A stretch of DNA of 44,786 bases from a virus (Duplodnaviria; Caudoviricetes), in IMG/VR virus record IMGVR_UViG_3300013829_000018, positions 1 through 44,786 of that record; one strand, 5' to 3'. This document shows, in pieces, positions 44,684 through 44,786 of this stretch (position 1 is the first letter of the stretch; the number at the start of each line of letters is the position of its first letter). The notes beneath the pieces are model-generated. The model ran no database searches. It had not been told where the DNA came from and saw nothing but the letters and a program-made list of their open reading frames with translations. The translations under genes were made by a program, and so were the position numbers.

Positions 44684-44786
44684 AAGAAAACTATAGTACC
44701 CCACCGTGGGGGTGTCAACACTTCAGCCCGCGTCAGGATGAAATGGCGCGAATTTCGTTGCGCCACTCTGCCAGGCACCCTTCGAT

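Noticed and set aside
44744-44761. Sigma54 promoter-like TGGCGCG...TTGC
   Set aside because: GG-to-GC spacing does not fit the -24/-12 rule

Overview
GC-rich bacterial chromosome segment. Gene content suggests a Desulfovibrio-type deltaproteobacterium (inference). Most of the window is an apparently complete 38.4-kb prophage integrated at a tRNA-Arg(CCT) gene, bounded by a 50-bp att duplication at 2468-2517 and 40914-40963. The phage is mosaic. It carries a lambda-like cos site just inside attL, a P4/D5-type helicase plus Zn-finger primase with an iteron-rich origin, a lambda-type terminase and head module, a lysis cassette placed between head and tail genes, a Mu-type contractile tail and baseplate, hicAB, a CI/Cro/CII switch with early genes, xis and a tyrosine integrase. 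Host flanks carry a sigma54 activator 3' end, a low-GC orphan, an ADP-ribosylglycohydrolase-like gene, gluQ, a hypothetical gene and a TetR regulator. The main signals outside the ORF track are: (1) a structured locus next to hicAB with a 24-aa hydrophobic peptide (ATA start, strong SD) facing a convergent hairpin-rich sRNA, a candidate new type I toxin-antitoxin; (2) two tandem, apparently paralogous host sRNA genes with near-consensus promoters and a shared anti-SD-like seed plus terminator; (3) four 9-bp tandem repeats and a start-codon-sequestering hairpin before the head operon; (4) integrase arm-type repeats overlapping the int start codon; (5) an extra tRNA anticodon-arm copy upstream of the tRNA; (6) a holin-lipoprotein fusion, an about 85-aa insertion in the tail-fibre collar, a nested scaffold gene and a P2-type -1 frameshift. 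All product calls rest on motifs and synteny read by eye; no database search was run.
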